A DNA stretch of 64,000 bases from Phoronis australis. Lineage: Eukaryota; Animalia; Phoronida. The notes below the pieces were generated by a model. The model saw nothing but the letters and a program-made list of their open reading frames with translations, made no database searches and was not told the DNA's origin. Location of the stretch: the NCBI GenBank assembly GCA_002633005.1, contig NMRA01000313.1, positions 62,001 through 126,000 of the forward strand. Reading direction: 5' to 3'. Below, in pieces: positions 13,720 through 26,575 of this stretch (its first letter is position 1; every line of letters starts with the position of its first letter). A program made the translations under genes and the position numbers.

Positions 13720-14400
13720 TGCATTTTGAAAGCTTGCTGGTTGCTGGAAAAATTTGTCTTTCAACGACCTGCTATTTTTGTCTACTTTTTTCCATCGATG
13801 GCAACTGTCGCAACCTCAGTTACATTAAGACCTGCGTCCTAGGTTAAACTTGGCTGGGTACGTGGTGCGGCCTCGCAGCCAATTTTTGATGTCTGATCCT
13901 TGGTCATGTTTTTCATCCTTCTGAGGGAAATTAAGTTTCGGAAAACAACACACGGCATACCAGTTGACGATGCAACCCTGGCATGTGTCTAGATTCCAAC
14001 GGTAGGTTGACAATAACTGGATTACAAGGTCGAACATTGTAGCCAGTCTGGGTCCACCAGAGAGAACTGTTTTTCCAAAAATCTGTTGGATTTTCGTCTT
14101 TCGACTTTTGGCATGGCCTGTTTCACAAAATCATGCTAAGTCTTAACGAAAAAAAATCCGTCTGCAACTCTAAGTCAAAAGACAGAAATCCATAGTTTTC
14201 TTGAATAAACAGGCAACAAAACGTTTCGAGAAAGGCAATGGACATTAAATTAACGTTTGGCTATTCGTAGACAGATTCTTGACTGTTGGCTGTTGGCAAG
14301 ACAAAAGACTTCTAGAGTCGGTTGCTATTACCAGAAAAAAGTAGACCAAAATGGCGGGTCACTGGGAGGTAATTTTTTTCCATAACAAGTGCTCAAGTCA
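13720..14400. mobile_element. Degenerate long-TIR (foldback-like) element
   Basis: 13740-13825 (ggaaaaattt..gacctgctatttttgtctactttttt..ggcaact) is an imperfect inverse of 14310-14390 (ggttgct..aaaaaagtagaccaaaatggcgggtc..aatttttttcc). Confidence 0.45.
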
Positions 14401-14737
14401 AGGTTTGCTAATAGAATTTCTTATCTCCAAATTACAGTAAATGATGTATGGTGTAAAATGGAGTATGATTTCAAGTCATTCTTACGCATTACTGTTTTTC
14501 AGTTCAAACTGAAGCAATTACATCACATCAATCTGTTTTCCTTTAATTACAACTGAATCTATGAGACTTAGGGGCGGCGTTTCATGAAGCCTTTTCTGTC
14601 TGAACTTTAAACCGAAAGGGGCCTTAATCTTAACCAAAATGTCTTAGCCCGTTTCATGAAATTTCTTGAGATCAAAATTACAACTGAAATTGGTCTAAGC
14701 TAAGACCGATAGTTAGCCTGCTACAAAGTAGGCTTAA

Positions 14738-16182
14738 AAGGTTCCTGAAGTACAATAACATGCATTTTTAATGTAATTTAATTGATGAATAAAGTCTACA
14801 TCAGAAATCACATCTTTGTTACTCTTTCACATTTTTGTAAAAAAGCGTTTTTCCAATGTTAATTCCTATTGGCTAACGCGCGTCTGATGTCACTGAGGCT
14901 GTACCGAGGGTGAAGGCAATACGATAGATCGAGGTTATTATTTATATGGCTCATTGGGTGAATGCCTCTCGGCTACAGAACTGTGCTTAATGTGTATAAA
15001 TTCGTCTGTGATCTCGGCTCTTGGAACTTCATATTTACAAGTTTACTGCCGTGCAGTGTTGACTCTTAGTGGAACGATGCCGTTCTCGGCATGGGCCCGG
15101 AAAGGGTCTTCGTAGTCTTGCCTTAGTGCGAGCTGTATAGTAAATATACAGCGGCCGTTGTACCGATGTGGGTAAAAACTAATCAAATAAAATCTGACAC
15201 AAAATTAATGTCATTAAACATTACACTCTTCCTTGGGTAATCTAAATTATTGTCTTAACTAGTGTTGAAAAATTGGCATTCTGCTGTTCACTCTACTGCT
15301 AAAATTTGGGTGTGCTCTTTGAGGTCGGCTTTCGGCGCCGTCACCTGTTGCCTTATTTACCAGTTTCGTTCCCCGAGTTGTTCTTCTCCCAAGCGATCGA
15401 ACTGTTCTTCAAAGTTGTGTACATGTCACAACAAATTACTAGAGCTGATTTCATTACCTTACTAGTTTTTAGTATTTTAATACCAGGGAACCGAATTTCA
15501 TACGAAAATTTGCTTTTTCGAAGCTGTCATCATTTCCTGAGAGATGTCGCAAAATTTTAGGAAATAGCGTGTGTTGAGTGTACTGTTTTCTTTGTTACAA
15601 AAGGCTGTGAATTATGAAATAAAATAAAGTTTACTAGATTGTTTTTCACTTAAATGGCTCCAGCGGGCAAGGTGAGTGGCGGTTGACACCCAGATATTTG
15701 CACGCTTCCCTGCCAGTTTAGAGCTCTACATGTTGATATAAGTTTCGCGACGAGTTGACGATCAGAACTACCCGCGCTATGAGAAATTTCTTACGGAGCT
15801 CAACACACAGTGCTACTGGTACTTATGGTAGTTTTATTTTGAAGATTAGTCTTCATACAGCTAGCTGGCTGGCTAAGACCATGGGATGAATCAGTCACAG
15901 GAAAGAAAATCGAAAAAGGTTGTGAGTATGCACATGTTGATCTGTCGACTACACTACGTACTCGCACGGCTAATGACCTATATCTCTTTGTGCTGTAGAG
16001 CCTCAGTGACGTCACGAAAACCAGCGCTTGCAGTGGGGCTTTATGGAACTAATAAATTTTTACTTTTCAAAGTAAAAAAGAAAAATACTGTGCACTATTT
16101 AGAAATATATGGATGCCAGTAACCAACCTTTATACTTTCAAAATTCTTATTAAAATGCTGAAACATGTACTTCAGGCCTCTT
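14738..16182. mobile_element. TTAA-flanked TIR element (Kolobok-like, non-autonomous)
   Basis: TTAA at 14734-14737 and 16183-16186; TIRs aaggttcctgaagtaca / aagaggcctgaagtaca (14/17). Confidence 0.7.
14945..15195 (+). mobile_element. Possible tRNA-derived SINE nested inside the TTAA element
   Basis: A-box-like head tggctcattgg followed by cggctacagaac, GC-richer body and A-rich tail gtaaaaactaatcaaataaaat. B box not clear. Confidence 0.3.
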
Positions 16183-19100
16183 TTAAGATTACGCTTTTGG
16201 TCTTTAATGACCAAAATTTACGACTTCGTTGTAAACAATTGAGGAACAAATTTGTTTGATATTTTTCACAATCTTATGTTCCTAAATAAAGTCAAATTAA
16301 AGATCGTCTGCTTTCGGTTTGAGAACTGGCAAAGCACCCGAGACTCGAAGATTCGCACTAATGTTGTATTATAAATAAATCCCCATTTAGTGTTTCAAGG
16401 CTGCGATAATTCTTGAAATGATGTTTTACATTCAACCTTGTTTAGTTTTATGAATTTTCAACAGGTGGCGAAAGCGTTTGTATGCCCGGCTTAATTCCTG
16501 TCGAAATTAAGACAAAAGCCGAAAAACAGACTCAGAGTTCATCAAACGGGTCTTTTGTGAACTTTTGTCTTCGGTCTGAACTTAGACAAATTTTTGGTGT
16601 CAAGTCATGAGTCATTAGGTCTCTTCCTAAACTTGGCGTCAGGCTCAATAATACCCAGGAGGACTTTAAATTAATTTAAAATCAGTTCTGGCTCTAACTG
16701 ATTTAGGAGGTATGTGTAAAATGCTAGCAGCTTAGCTTAAATCCCTCTTGGAGGTACACTGTAGTTTGGGATGGAATTTACCAAAACTGATTCATACCTT
16801 TTGATGTGTTAACGTACAATTGACTCAGGTCGAGGAAGTGACACATACTTGCGTGTTTGAAGATCTTGGTCGCTATGGCAACCTTTTTCTAAAATTGCTG
16901 TGAAACTTCAGCCTACTTAACCCGTTTGCATAATGGAAAAATCCGAAGAGAAAAAACTTCAAAAATAGTTACTAAACTTCTTGAAAACCATCCGTAGGTG
17001 CCATTGCTTAATGGAAATTCTTCGTGGAGCGTGGAATTGCGGAGACGCCGAAGTGTCTGAACCGATTGGGTTTTTGTAGTATGAATGAAAAGATGAAGTG
17101 GCTCAAGTCAATCAGGATAAATTGATTCAAAGTAAATAGACTCCAAACTTCAGTGTAAATGGGGATACGTAATATTATGACTTGATCCAGCTGGTCATTC
17201 AAGCCATGATCTCGGAGTACTAAATTAAAACTGCCAGTGCTGTGCAGGAACCACTTCTAATTTGAGTAAGGAATGAGTTCGGAGCAATTTTATAACTACA
17301 TGATAATCAAGTTGTTTTACAGTATGTGTCACCAGTGTTAAATATTTAGTGTGAAAGGTTCTGAATCAGCTTTAGTGTATTCAGATTGGCAATTTTGGTA
17401 TCTATTGTTTTTGGCTAGCAGTACAAAGGAAACATTTTGGCATTGAAACCCTTTTAATTGGCTTTTGCGCAGGATCATAGATCTCGTGGATTGGGAAAAT
17501 ACGGAGTTGGAAGTCAATGTACAAAAGTCCATGACCACTAAAATGTCACTACTTTCGGACAAAAATAATTGTCAAATTTGGCCATTTTTCAATTTTCAGA
17601 AGCTTTTAGCATTGTTGTGAATACCCAATTTCTCAGAATAATTGTCAGATGGTATAATAGGTCTTTAAAAATGATTTTTATTTGGTGTTTCGTATCATTC
17701 ATGAAAAAATGAAAACACAAATTTTCTCTTGCCTGTCATGTTAGGTCCGGATTGGTCAGATTTCACCAAACGCGCAGGGAAGCATTTACAGTATGCTGCA
17801 TTAGTGTCAAGACATCAAGTAGTTCAGCTAAAGGAAAGTAGCCACACTCCCGCTGTTATTTCTTGGAATGTTTTTATTATCTTTTATTATGAGTGTATTT
17901 TCCACTGTCATTCTTTTGATGGCTGATCCATCAAAACTCGTTGCATCCTGCAAAAATAAATTGTACATCCTTGGAACTTAACTGTATGTGTTTGAGTACA
18001 GTTAATTAATAACGTCATGCTGTTCTTGTGCTTTGTAAAACATGTGATTGCTCAAAGCACTTTTAGCTAAGTTTGTGCTATGCCACATTTTGGGAACGTT
18101 TACAAGTGTCTGGGAATTTTATCGAGGGATCGATAATAACTTTCGTGAACAATTTTCGTAATTGAAAGAAAAGTGACATAGCGTTTTTGGTGCAGTTTTC
18201 CCACATGCACGCATTCAAACGAATTACCATATATTCTCAATAAAGCAATTGTCTTTAAGTGCTCTCAACCCATGCAGCCTAATCTTAAGGTATTGATTTA
18301 AGGGCAGTCCAATCAGACATGCCTGTTAAGTTTTTAATCAGCAACATTATTCGCTTATAACGCCATCTCCCTCATCAAATAATAAGCAATCTTGAGCTTA
18401 TTTTGAAATTAATGGTACTAATTGCTGAATTACTTTGTGATGTAAACATTGATCAAGGGACGATGATACAGATTATGCAATTTTTGTTAATTGATATATT
18501 ATGTAGTCTTACACCCAGGTTTTCTTGTCTCACATTTCGCTCTTTCACGTATGTCACATAACTGTAGGTTCAAAACATTGTTGTTTTGAATTATTTGTAT
18601 GCTAAAAATTTACTCTGAAACTTGAGCCATATCTTGAGATTTTGAGAGTATATTTAATGGCTTTTGAAGTTAAGCCTAACTGATGTTTGAAATTCTGGAA
18701 GCATTTTTGTAAGAAAAAGGGCTCTTGGTGTTAAATGAAAGATGTTTTGTCACACAGTGCATAATTCATGATCCCATGCTGGTGTGTTACCTGCAGTTGT
18801 GGATTTCCAAGAAGAGATGTTCCAACTCATGCAAATTGTAATTCTAGGTTCTTGTGATTCTCTAGCTCCATATTTCATAAGGTCGCTCACAAGTGAGCCT
18901 CTGTATGCGTTTTTCCACCGTTCTCTGCCACGAAAATGCTCGCTCCTATCTTCTCAGATGTAATTCATCATTAATATGTACCGTCTTCTTCACCTGACAC
19001 TAATATTGACCCACCTGGGCTGATTAACACACCATACTATTTCTATCGTCTTGGAATCATAATGCTTTCATCTTGGTCTGGTGCCTGGCACTTGCTTTTT

Positions 19101-21020
19101 CATACATTTGGAAATGAGTGGGGAAAACAAAATGCATTTTGCATTGCTAGAGATATACTGGCTCAGACGTGAATGGGAATTAGTGGAATAATTTCCATAT
19201 TTTTGCTTCGAGAGAGTTCACTACCGTTGAAAGGGTTCCTCTAGCTTATTTGTTAAAGTGTACTTTAACCTAGAAGAAAACTAGGCGAAGTGTAACTCTA
19301 AATCGTTAGAGAATAAGCTCAACTTATGGTTCGATTTGTTCCACCTACATTGATATAAACAAAATTTGTCATTTTTTTGTTTGTAAGGTACTGTGGACTT
19401 CAATTTTAACATTTCTGATGAAAATGTGCAAACCATAAGTACTGTGAAGAGACCTGCAAGTTTAAGAGTGGCACTGTTGTTTATGGAATGCATTGTTGGG
19501 TAGGATGGTTGTGTGCTTGTAAACATCTGATGACATCTTACATAACTTGGGACATGTAAAAGCTGTGATGGAAAACACTGGTAGTCACTTGTTGAAGGCA
19601 TGTGTTCACTGCAATACATGTATGCTTGTTAGAGTACATCACTTAAAGCCACTGTCATTTAACAAGAAAAGAATGACAGAAATAGAGCCTCAAAATGCGT
19701 TGAATAAATACATACTTACGGTAAAGTCGTGCGATTTTCGGACACTCAAAATTAATTCCAATAGAAAAAATTCATTCTTGGACGAATCTTGTGAAACATT
19801 TTTGTGGTGTCCGAATTTGGCAGACCTCCAAATTTGGATTTCCGCTCGTGTCCGAATTTTGTGGGTGTACATTATTTCGATGAGCGGTCATGGTATCAAC
19901 ATTGCTGGCTCAGTCATTTGATAGCAGTAAAGTTGCTCGTCAATGAGACTCAAATGATCTGTGCGATTAATTTTTGAAAAATTGACTTTCCCAATAAGAA
20001 ATGTGCGTTGTCGACGGACAAAGAACATTCCCGACAAGTGTTGGTTCTTCTTTTCAAAAACTTGTGTTTTCTCAATATGAAATAGTTCGGCTTGCATTGC
20101 CGATGCTTGAAACCCTTCCTCGGCAATAGACGAAATTTTTTTCAAAAATGTGCTATCTCACTTGAAATATCGGGCTGCGTTGTGAAAAAAGAGTGTTCCC
20201 TATGACTGGTACAACTGAACATCACGTCTGTTGACATTTGCAACGAGTTTGAATGGGCCCTTGGGGAGAAATTTGCTACGTACATGTACTCCTTGTCAAT
20301 AAAAATTGTGATTTGTTTGTGAATAAGTTGTCACCGGTGTTTAAATTTAAAACTTGGAACGAACAAACGTTTGTTTCAGTACTGCTGAGCAATACTGACA
20401 TCATTAAAGGCAGGTAAATTTACACTTAAGGTAGTTTTACTGTAAGTACTTTGACGCTATGAGCAACGTCATCTGCCATGCCCTTCCGGCACGTTGGTCA
20501 ATGTTTGCGTGCGTCTGACATGTTGGGGTTTTTCGGTGAGGAGAAAACGGATGCAAAGATTTCTGGTCACTAAATACCTCAACACTGACAAACTGTGCTA
20601 TTGAAGTACAGTGCAAGACAATAGTAATCAGACAAAATACCATTATCCCAGTCGCAACGGCTAATTTTTTTTAACAGCAAAAGTTACTGGTAATACTTTT
20701 AGGGCAGTAAAATTCTAAGAACAGATTAGCTTAAGCCACCATACTAACTAATTCCTTTTAATCCCCTTCATTCTCGGTCATGAGGATCAGTACTCTGAGG
20801 GTGAATTTGGCTTCTGTCCAACTGTCATGACTGGAAATTCTGCATCATTTCGTCTGTCACTTTTGGGTTGTACTGTGTAAAGAATCGGCGATGTTCAATG
20901 TGAACAACACAGCAAACATGAGTGATTTCAGTTTAGTAACACGATTATAACTCCATACTTACTGACTGGTAACCGATTTGCACATACAAGCTTCCACGCT
21001 GGTAATTCAAGTTCCCTTTG

Positions 21021-21090
21021 GGATTGGTCAGTGGTATTGTATGGATTGCTGAGTGGTATGGATTGCTCAGTGGTATTATTGTATGGATTG
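21021..21090. repeat. Short tandem repeat, about 3.5 units
   Basis: ggattg(g/c)t(c/g)agtggtat(tgtat) repeated. Confidence 0.7.
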
Positions 21091-21444
21091 ATGCGCATAC
21101 CTTTGTGTTGATCATGTTTTAATGCACTGCGTAATTTTTGTTTTGCTTTGAAAATTTCACTTTATTATTTTATGGAGGACAATTTTTTTAGTTGTTCTTA
21201 AAAGCAATTATTTCCAAGTTTTGGACATCTCGAGACTCAAGACAAATTTGAGAGTTAACCCTTTGTTCATAGCCTATTTACTTAGATTCCTGAACAAAAA
21301 AGCAACGTAGCTTTGCATTTGAATTTCCCTAGTTGACGGGAGCTCTGAACAAATCGTCTGAAGTCACTGAATCTTTATTTGGTTTCTTCCGCTTTCTCTA
21401 TTTCTATATTTCTAGAAGCTTTCACCAAGGTAAAGGAATCATTG

Positions 21445-21448
<4 letters not shown>

Positions 21449-21487
<39 letters not shown>

Positions 21488-21560
21488 CTTTATTTAAAGA
21501 GGATAAAAGTACAATAAATGTAAAACATGCTTTAGCCAAAGGCTAATATCCAGCGTGGTC
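21449..21560 (-). mobile_element. 5'-truncated 3' end of a CR1/L2-type LINE with (TTA)n tail
   Basis: Reverse complement reads gaccacgctggatattagcctttggcta...tatcctctttaaataaagtt followed by about 12 TTA/ATT units; gtggt on both flanks may be a TSD. Confidence 0.5.
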
Positions 21561-21635
21561 GTGGTGTTTGCACGGCATACATGAGTAGACAATTATCTTC
21601 TCATCTTACTCAAATTATCTTTTTTTTCTTTGTAG

Positions 21636-21720
21636 AATGAAGCAAAGAAGACTCGCACAGTCGTCTATGTTCTCGTGGTAACAGAAATATTGGATGAGTG
21701 GGAAGACGCCAAAATAATGG
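21636..21720 (+). CDS. NUDT3/4-like: DIPP / NUDT3-4-like, penultimate coding exon
   Basis: Polypyrimidine tract + tgtag|AAT, donor ATGG|gtaagt. 85 nt encode NEAKKTRTVVYVLVVTEILDEWEDAKIM(G), matching human DIPP1 NQERKHRTYVYVLIVTEVLEDWEDSVNIG; phases fit both neighbours. Confidence 0.93.
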
Positions 21721-22504
21721 GTAAGTTATGGTTGACTACGGAACTTTCTGCATTTGTATGACTTTTTAGTGTGCGAGAGCACCAAAGCAACATCACGTTT
21801 GACTCAATTTCAAATTCTGATGGTCAAGACGGGTAGAGACGACGAATAACGATGGTGATCCGATGACTTGGCGATTGCAAAGAATTTAATAAACATAAAG
21901 TTCCTCTGCTTTGAAATCTCTGTCCAAATTACATGAAAGTTCCAGATTGAGTTGTATTTTTGTATGCAAACTACTACATGATCTATCGGGCGGCGGCGAA
22001 GCAAATTTCATTATGCCATCGCGATATCGTAAAATGGCTATTGGCTTTGTGGACGCAAGGTTGTGGAATCTTTTCAATTTCTTTATCCATAAATTTTAGT
22101 TATAGCGTCTAAGTTAACGCCTGTTAACGCCAACCGTGCATACAATTATCTTGTCTGGGGCATAATAAACAAGCGTAATTTATTTTTACAAATTCCTCAG
22201 TCAAAATAACTTATTAGGAAATTCAACTTACTACTAACTTGAGGTTTGTACAGAATGGCTGACACCAAACAATGTTTCAAAAAACTTATTGCACATTTCT
22301 GTCGGTGTAGGTATAACCAGTGGAAGCTGCAAAATGTCAATTTTAGCAATTATTTTTTTTCCAATTTGCAGAATTAACTTTACCACACTTTAAAACAGTA
22401 TACATCACTAGTAATTTTTTGCAGTAACTTGATGCTTTTGTGCAATAGTTCTGATTGAAGTAATTCCTCACTTATTTAGCACACAAAATAATCGTAATAA
22501 TTGT

Positions 22505-22690
22505 ATTTTTATGGGCTTCTTATATATGTGTGTTCACCTGTTGTCGTCATTCTGTCTGGGTTGTCTGGGCATCCTGGTGTCGGGGGTGTCTGTTATCTAA
22601 AAAACCCCTCGTCGAATTTTGATGTAATGTGGCACAAGGGTGCGGGGCGTCACTGGAAAGGTCTGTGACATTTTTCAACCCTAATATTTG
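22505..22690 (-). mobile_element. Degenerate fragment of the same HINE family
   Basis: ttttttatg...tatatgtg..gtcattctgtctggg..tatctaaaaaacccct parallels 4203-4330. Confidence 0.4.
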
Positions 22691-22733
22691 TACAATTCAC
22701 ACCAAGCCAGCAATAGTCTAAAATGCTCTTAAT

Positions 22734-25700
22734 GTTTTGTTTTTATGGAGAAATTTGACAAAATAAAATGTCTTGTCCACCATGTGGTGTGCTAAATAGG
22801 TCAAGAGTTACTACATTGTAGCTTTCTGACTCCACTTAAGTTGTGGCGATGAAATCTAATGTAAAAAAATGTCTGTTGAAGTTACTGTATTTTCCTACCG
22901 TATACACTAACAGCCATTATCACTAGGGGGGCTGTTTTGTGGCTTTATGGGCACAGCTATTCAATGCCAACTGGAGGTAATAAAGCAAATTTTGTATTAG
23001 CCATGGCCATCCACCCTTTGTTGAGTAAATTGGGGTCAACTGTCAGACAGACAGTTGCATGGAATCTTCAGCACTACACCACTCAAATTCAAAGATCTAG
23101 TGTCTGTATGGACATCAAATGATTTATTACAACAGTCTGCAAAACTGAAAGGTGTTTTGTGCACTTCCTCAAGACTTCATGGAAAGTGACTGATGACTCC
23201 AGTCAAAATTTATATCTATTACTTCCCATGATTATTTTCGAAAATGTAGCTTAATCTCAATACACTAGTACAAAGTCTGAGAATGTATCTGAAATCTGAA
23301 AATTAATTAGATAATTTGTATTATTATTGGTAAACTGCGCTGACAGTTGCATTGGAAAAAGGTATTTAGAAATTTGCGAAGTGAGGTGGTAAGACCAAAA
23401 ATCTGACTTTTGTGTTTTAAGACTTGAAAGTCACTATTCTTGAAATAGACGCCAGAGGCTGGTGTCATGTTGGTCTGGAACTGAAGCCTGTGTATCGGAA
23501 GTGGAGGCTGTAACAGACCAGGGCTGTGAAATATCTTAGTTATGGTGGACAAGTAGAATTTTATTTTGTCAAAAATTCTGATTAAAAATTAGTCTTCAGA
23601 AAACTTAATGTAAGTCTCTTATTGGCCGACTATAGCCTGCCTGTAAACAACTTCTGCCATTTGTATCGAGAAAAATATTGAGCCTTTAAAAAGGGGGAAT
23701 TTAGCAATTATTTTGTTCCAAATTGAATTTTTTACTGTATATTGGTGAATGAATATCAAAGAAGTTATTGCTGACTGTTTGCTTTGGTAATTGTTAAACC
23801 CTCAGGCGTGAAGTGTAATGTACTTACTGAACTGAATGCTATACTGGTTAAGTGCTTTAAATTGCTATTACTGTAATTGTACCAACAAAATGTACACTGC
23901 AATAATTCATCTACATCCATTAGGCCAGCAAAATATTCTGCGTAATTCCCTCTCTTCCGAAAGCACGATTCGATTTAAAAGAAAAATTTCCATAGATGAT
24001 TCCGTGGAGTTGGGGCATTTCTATATAACACCGTATTCATTATGATTAAATACCTAAAGCATTCAGATTCACGGTCTCAATTATCCAAGAAAGACTTTGA
24101 ATTAGGTATTAATGTATGGTATATTAGTGAGTTTGCATTTTGGGAGGAGCAACTTTTCCGTAGATGGGTGTTGATAAGGACACGGCACTTCAGGGGTAAT
24201 AGAAATGCACTGGTCCGAGGAGACGGACCAGCGAAATTTGGCTTGTGTCTTGTGAAACGTTTGAGCTGGCTTAAGACCGATGTCTAGCGAATATTGAAGT
24301 GGGATAGTGAAACACTTCGGCTCAGTAGCCCGACCTGTCAGACTGGCAGCTTTCCGTAGCCTCAGCACAGCCTCCGTACTGCCCGTCGATGACTATCTTG
24401 ATGAGTCGACGTATTGTGACAAAGTTGGAGAAAACGCATATTTAATGCATGGCTGGCTGAAAACGGAATTCCATTCCTTTCCCAGCCAATGAAAAAGCCC
24501 AAACACTGGAATCCCTTGATGACATGAGCCTTCGCGACAGCACGACAATCATGCGTGATCATTCCAAAACTGAATCGTGATTGGTTGATGGGCAAATTGG
24601 ACGAGATCAGTGAGTTACATGCTATGAACATTCCCACTAAATAAAATTGGTTCTAACCCCAGTGGTTAAGGTAAACGGCGGGGTATGGAAAATTGAACTA
24701 GACCGTATTTATCCACCTTGGCTGAGTCGCACTCGGCTCACGATCAAAGGGATGCCGCCAGGCTGCTCTAGTCATCGAGTCACGAGCGAGGATAATTGGC
24801 TTCGCTCATGCGGATATGATCAGCTGATTACAATCTAGCTAGCAGACTGTACTTTTTATGGTGAGAGTTTTACGTAGTNTTTTGTTTTTATGGAGAAATT
24901 TGACAAAATAAAATGTCTCTTGTCCACCACTACACCAGTCAAATTCAAAGATCTAGTGTCTATATGGACATCCAATGATTTACAACAGTCTGCAAAACTG
25001 AAAGGTGTTTTGTGCACTTCCTCAAGACTTCATGGAAAGTGACTTATGACTCCAGTCAAAATTTTTATCTATTACTTCCCATGATTATTTTCGAAAATGT
25101 AGCTTAATCTCAATACACTAGTACAAAGTCTGAGAATGTATCTGAACTCTGAAAATTAATTAGATAATTTGTATTATTATTGGTAAACTGCGATGCGCTG
25201 ACAGTTGCATTGGAAAAAGGTATTTAGAAATTTGCGAAGTGAGATGGTAAGACCAAAAATCTGACTTTTGTGTTTTAAGACTTGAAAGTCACTATTCTTG
25301 AAATAGACGCCAGAGGCTGGTGTCATGTTGGTCTGGAACTGGTAGCCTGTGTATCGGAAGTGGAGGCTGTAATAGACGAGGGCTGTGAAATATCTTAGTT
25401 ATGGTGGACAAGTAGAATTTTATTCTGATTAAAAATTAGTCTTCAGAAACTTAATGTAAGTCTCTTATTGGCCGACTATAGCCTGCCTGTAAACAACTTC
25501 TGCCATTTGTATCGAGAAAAATATTGAGCCTTTAAAAGGGGGGAATTTAGCAATTATTTTGTTCCAAATTGAATTTTTTACTGTATATTGGTGAATGAAT
25601 ATCAAAGAAGTTATTGCTGACTGTTTGCTTTGGTAATTGTTAAACCCTCAGGCGTGAAGCGTAATGTACTTACTGAACTGAATGCTATACTGGTTAAGTG

Positions 25701-26575
25701 CTTTAAATTGCTATTACTGTAATTGTACCAACAAAACGTACACTGCAATAATTCATCTACATCCATTAGGCCAGCAAAATATTCTACGTAATTCCCTCTC
25801 TTCCGAAAGCACGATTCGATTTAAAAGAAAAATTTCCATAGATGATCGCGTGGAGTTGGGGCATTTCTATATAACACCGTATTCATTATGATTAAATTCC
25901 TAAAGCATTTAGATTCAGGGTCTCAATTATCCAAGGAAGACCTTGAATTGGGCAAGCCTAAATAATTAAAAAACTGTTGGTAGTAGATGGATTTAGGCAA
26001 CACCCAGGCTAGTGTAGTCATGTTTGTCATTTACACATGAGTAAGAGGCATTTTATAAACCTGTTTATTAATTAAATGTATGGTATGTTAGTGAGTTTGC
26101 ATTTTGGGAGGAGCAACTTTTCCGTAGATGGGTGTTGATAAGGACACAGCACTTCAGGGGTAATAGAACTGGTCGGAGGAGACGGACCAATGAAATTTGG
26201 CCCGTGTCTTGTGATACTTTTGAGGTGGCTTAAGACCGATGTCTTGCAAATATTGAAGTGGGATAGTGAAACACATCGGCTCAGTAGCCCGACCTGTCAG
26301 ACTGGCAGCTTTCCGTAGCCTCAGCACAGCCTCTGTACTGCCCGTCGATGACTATCTTGATGAGTCGATGTATCGTGACAAACTTAGAGAAAACGCATAT
26401 TTAATGCATGGCTGGCTGAAAAGGGAATTCCATTCCTTTCCCAGCCAATGAAAAAGCCCAAACACTGGAATCCCTTGATGACATGCAGCCTTCGCGACAG
26501 CACGACAATCACGCGTGATCATTCCAAAACTGAATCGTGATTGGTTGATGTGCGAATTGGATGAGATCAGTGAGC
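22734..26575. repeat. ~1.8-kb tandem duplication across a single-n gap (22734-24615 vs 24880-26575)
   Basis: Copies are highly similar with SNPs and indels, and the junction is the n at 24879. Confidence 0.9.

Larger units (their letters stand above)
14571..16610. mobile_element. Harbinger-like MITE split by the 14738-16182 insertion
   Basis: Left part has ggggcggcgtttcatgaa and gcccgtttcatgaaa; right part has the inverse ttcatcaaacgggtc; ttaagac/gtctaag motifs recur on both sides. Boundaries approximate. Confidence 0.45.

Noticed and set aside
24042-24838. Cluster of short ORFs, partly repeated at 25682-26451
   Set aside because: No recognisable motifs, and the second copy breaks the frames with indels.
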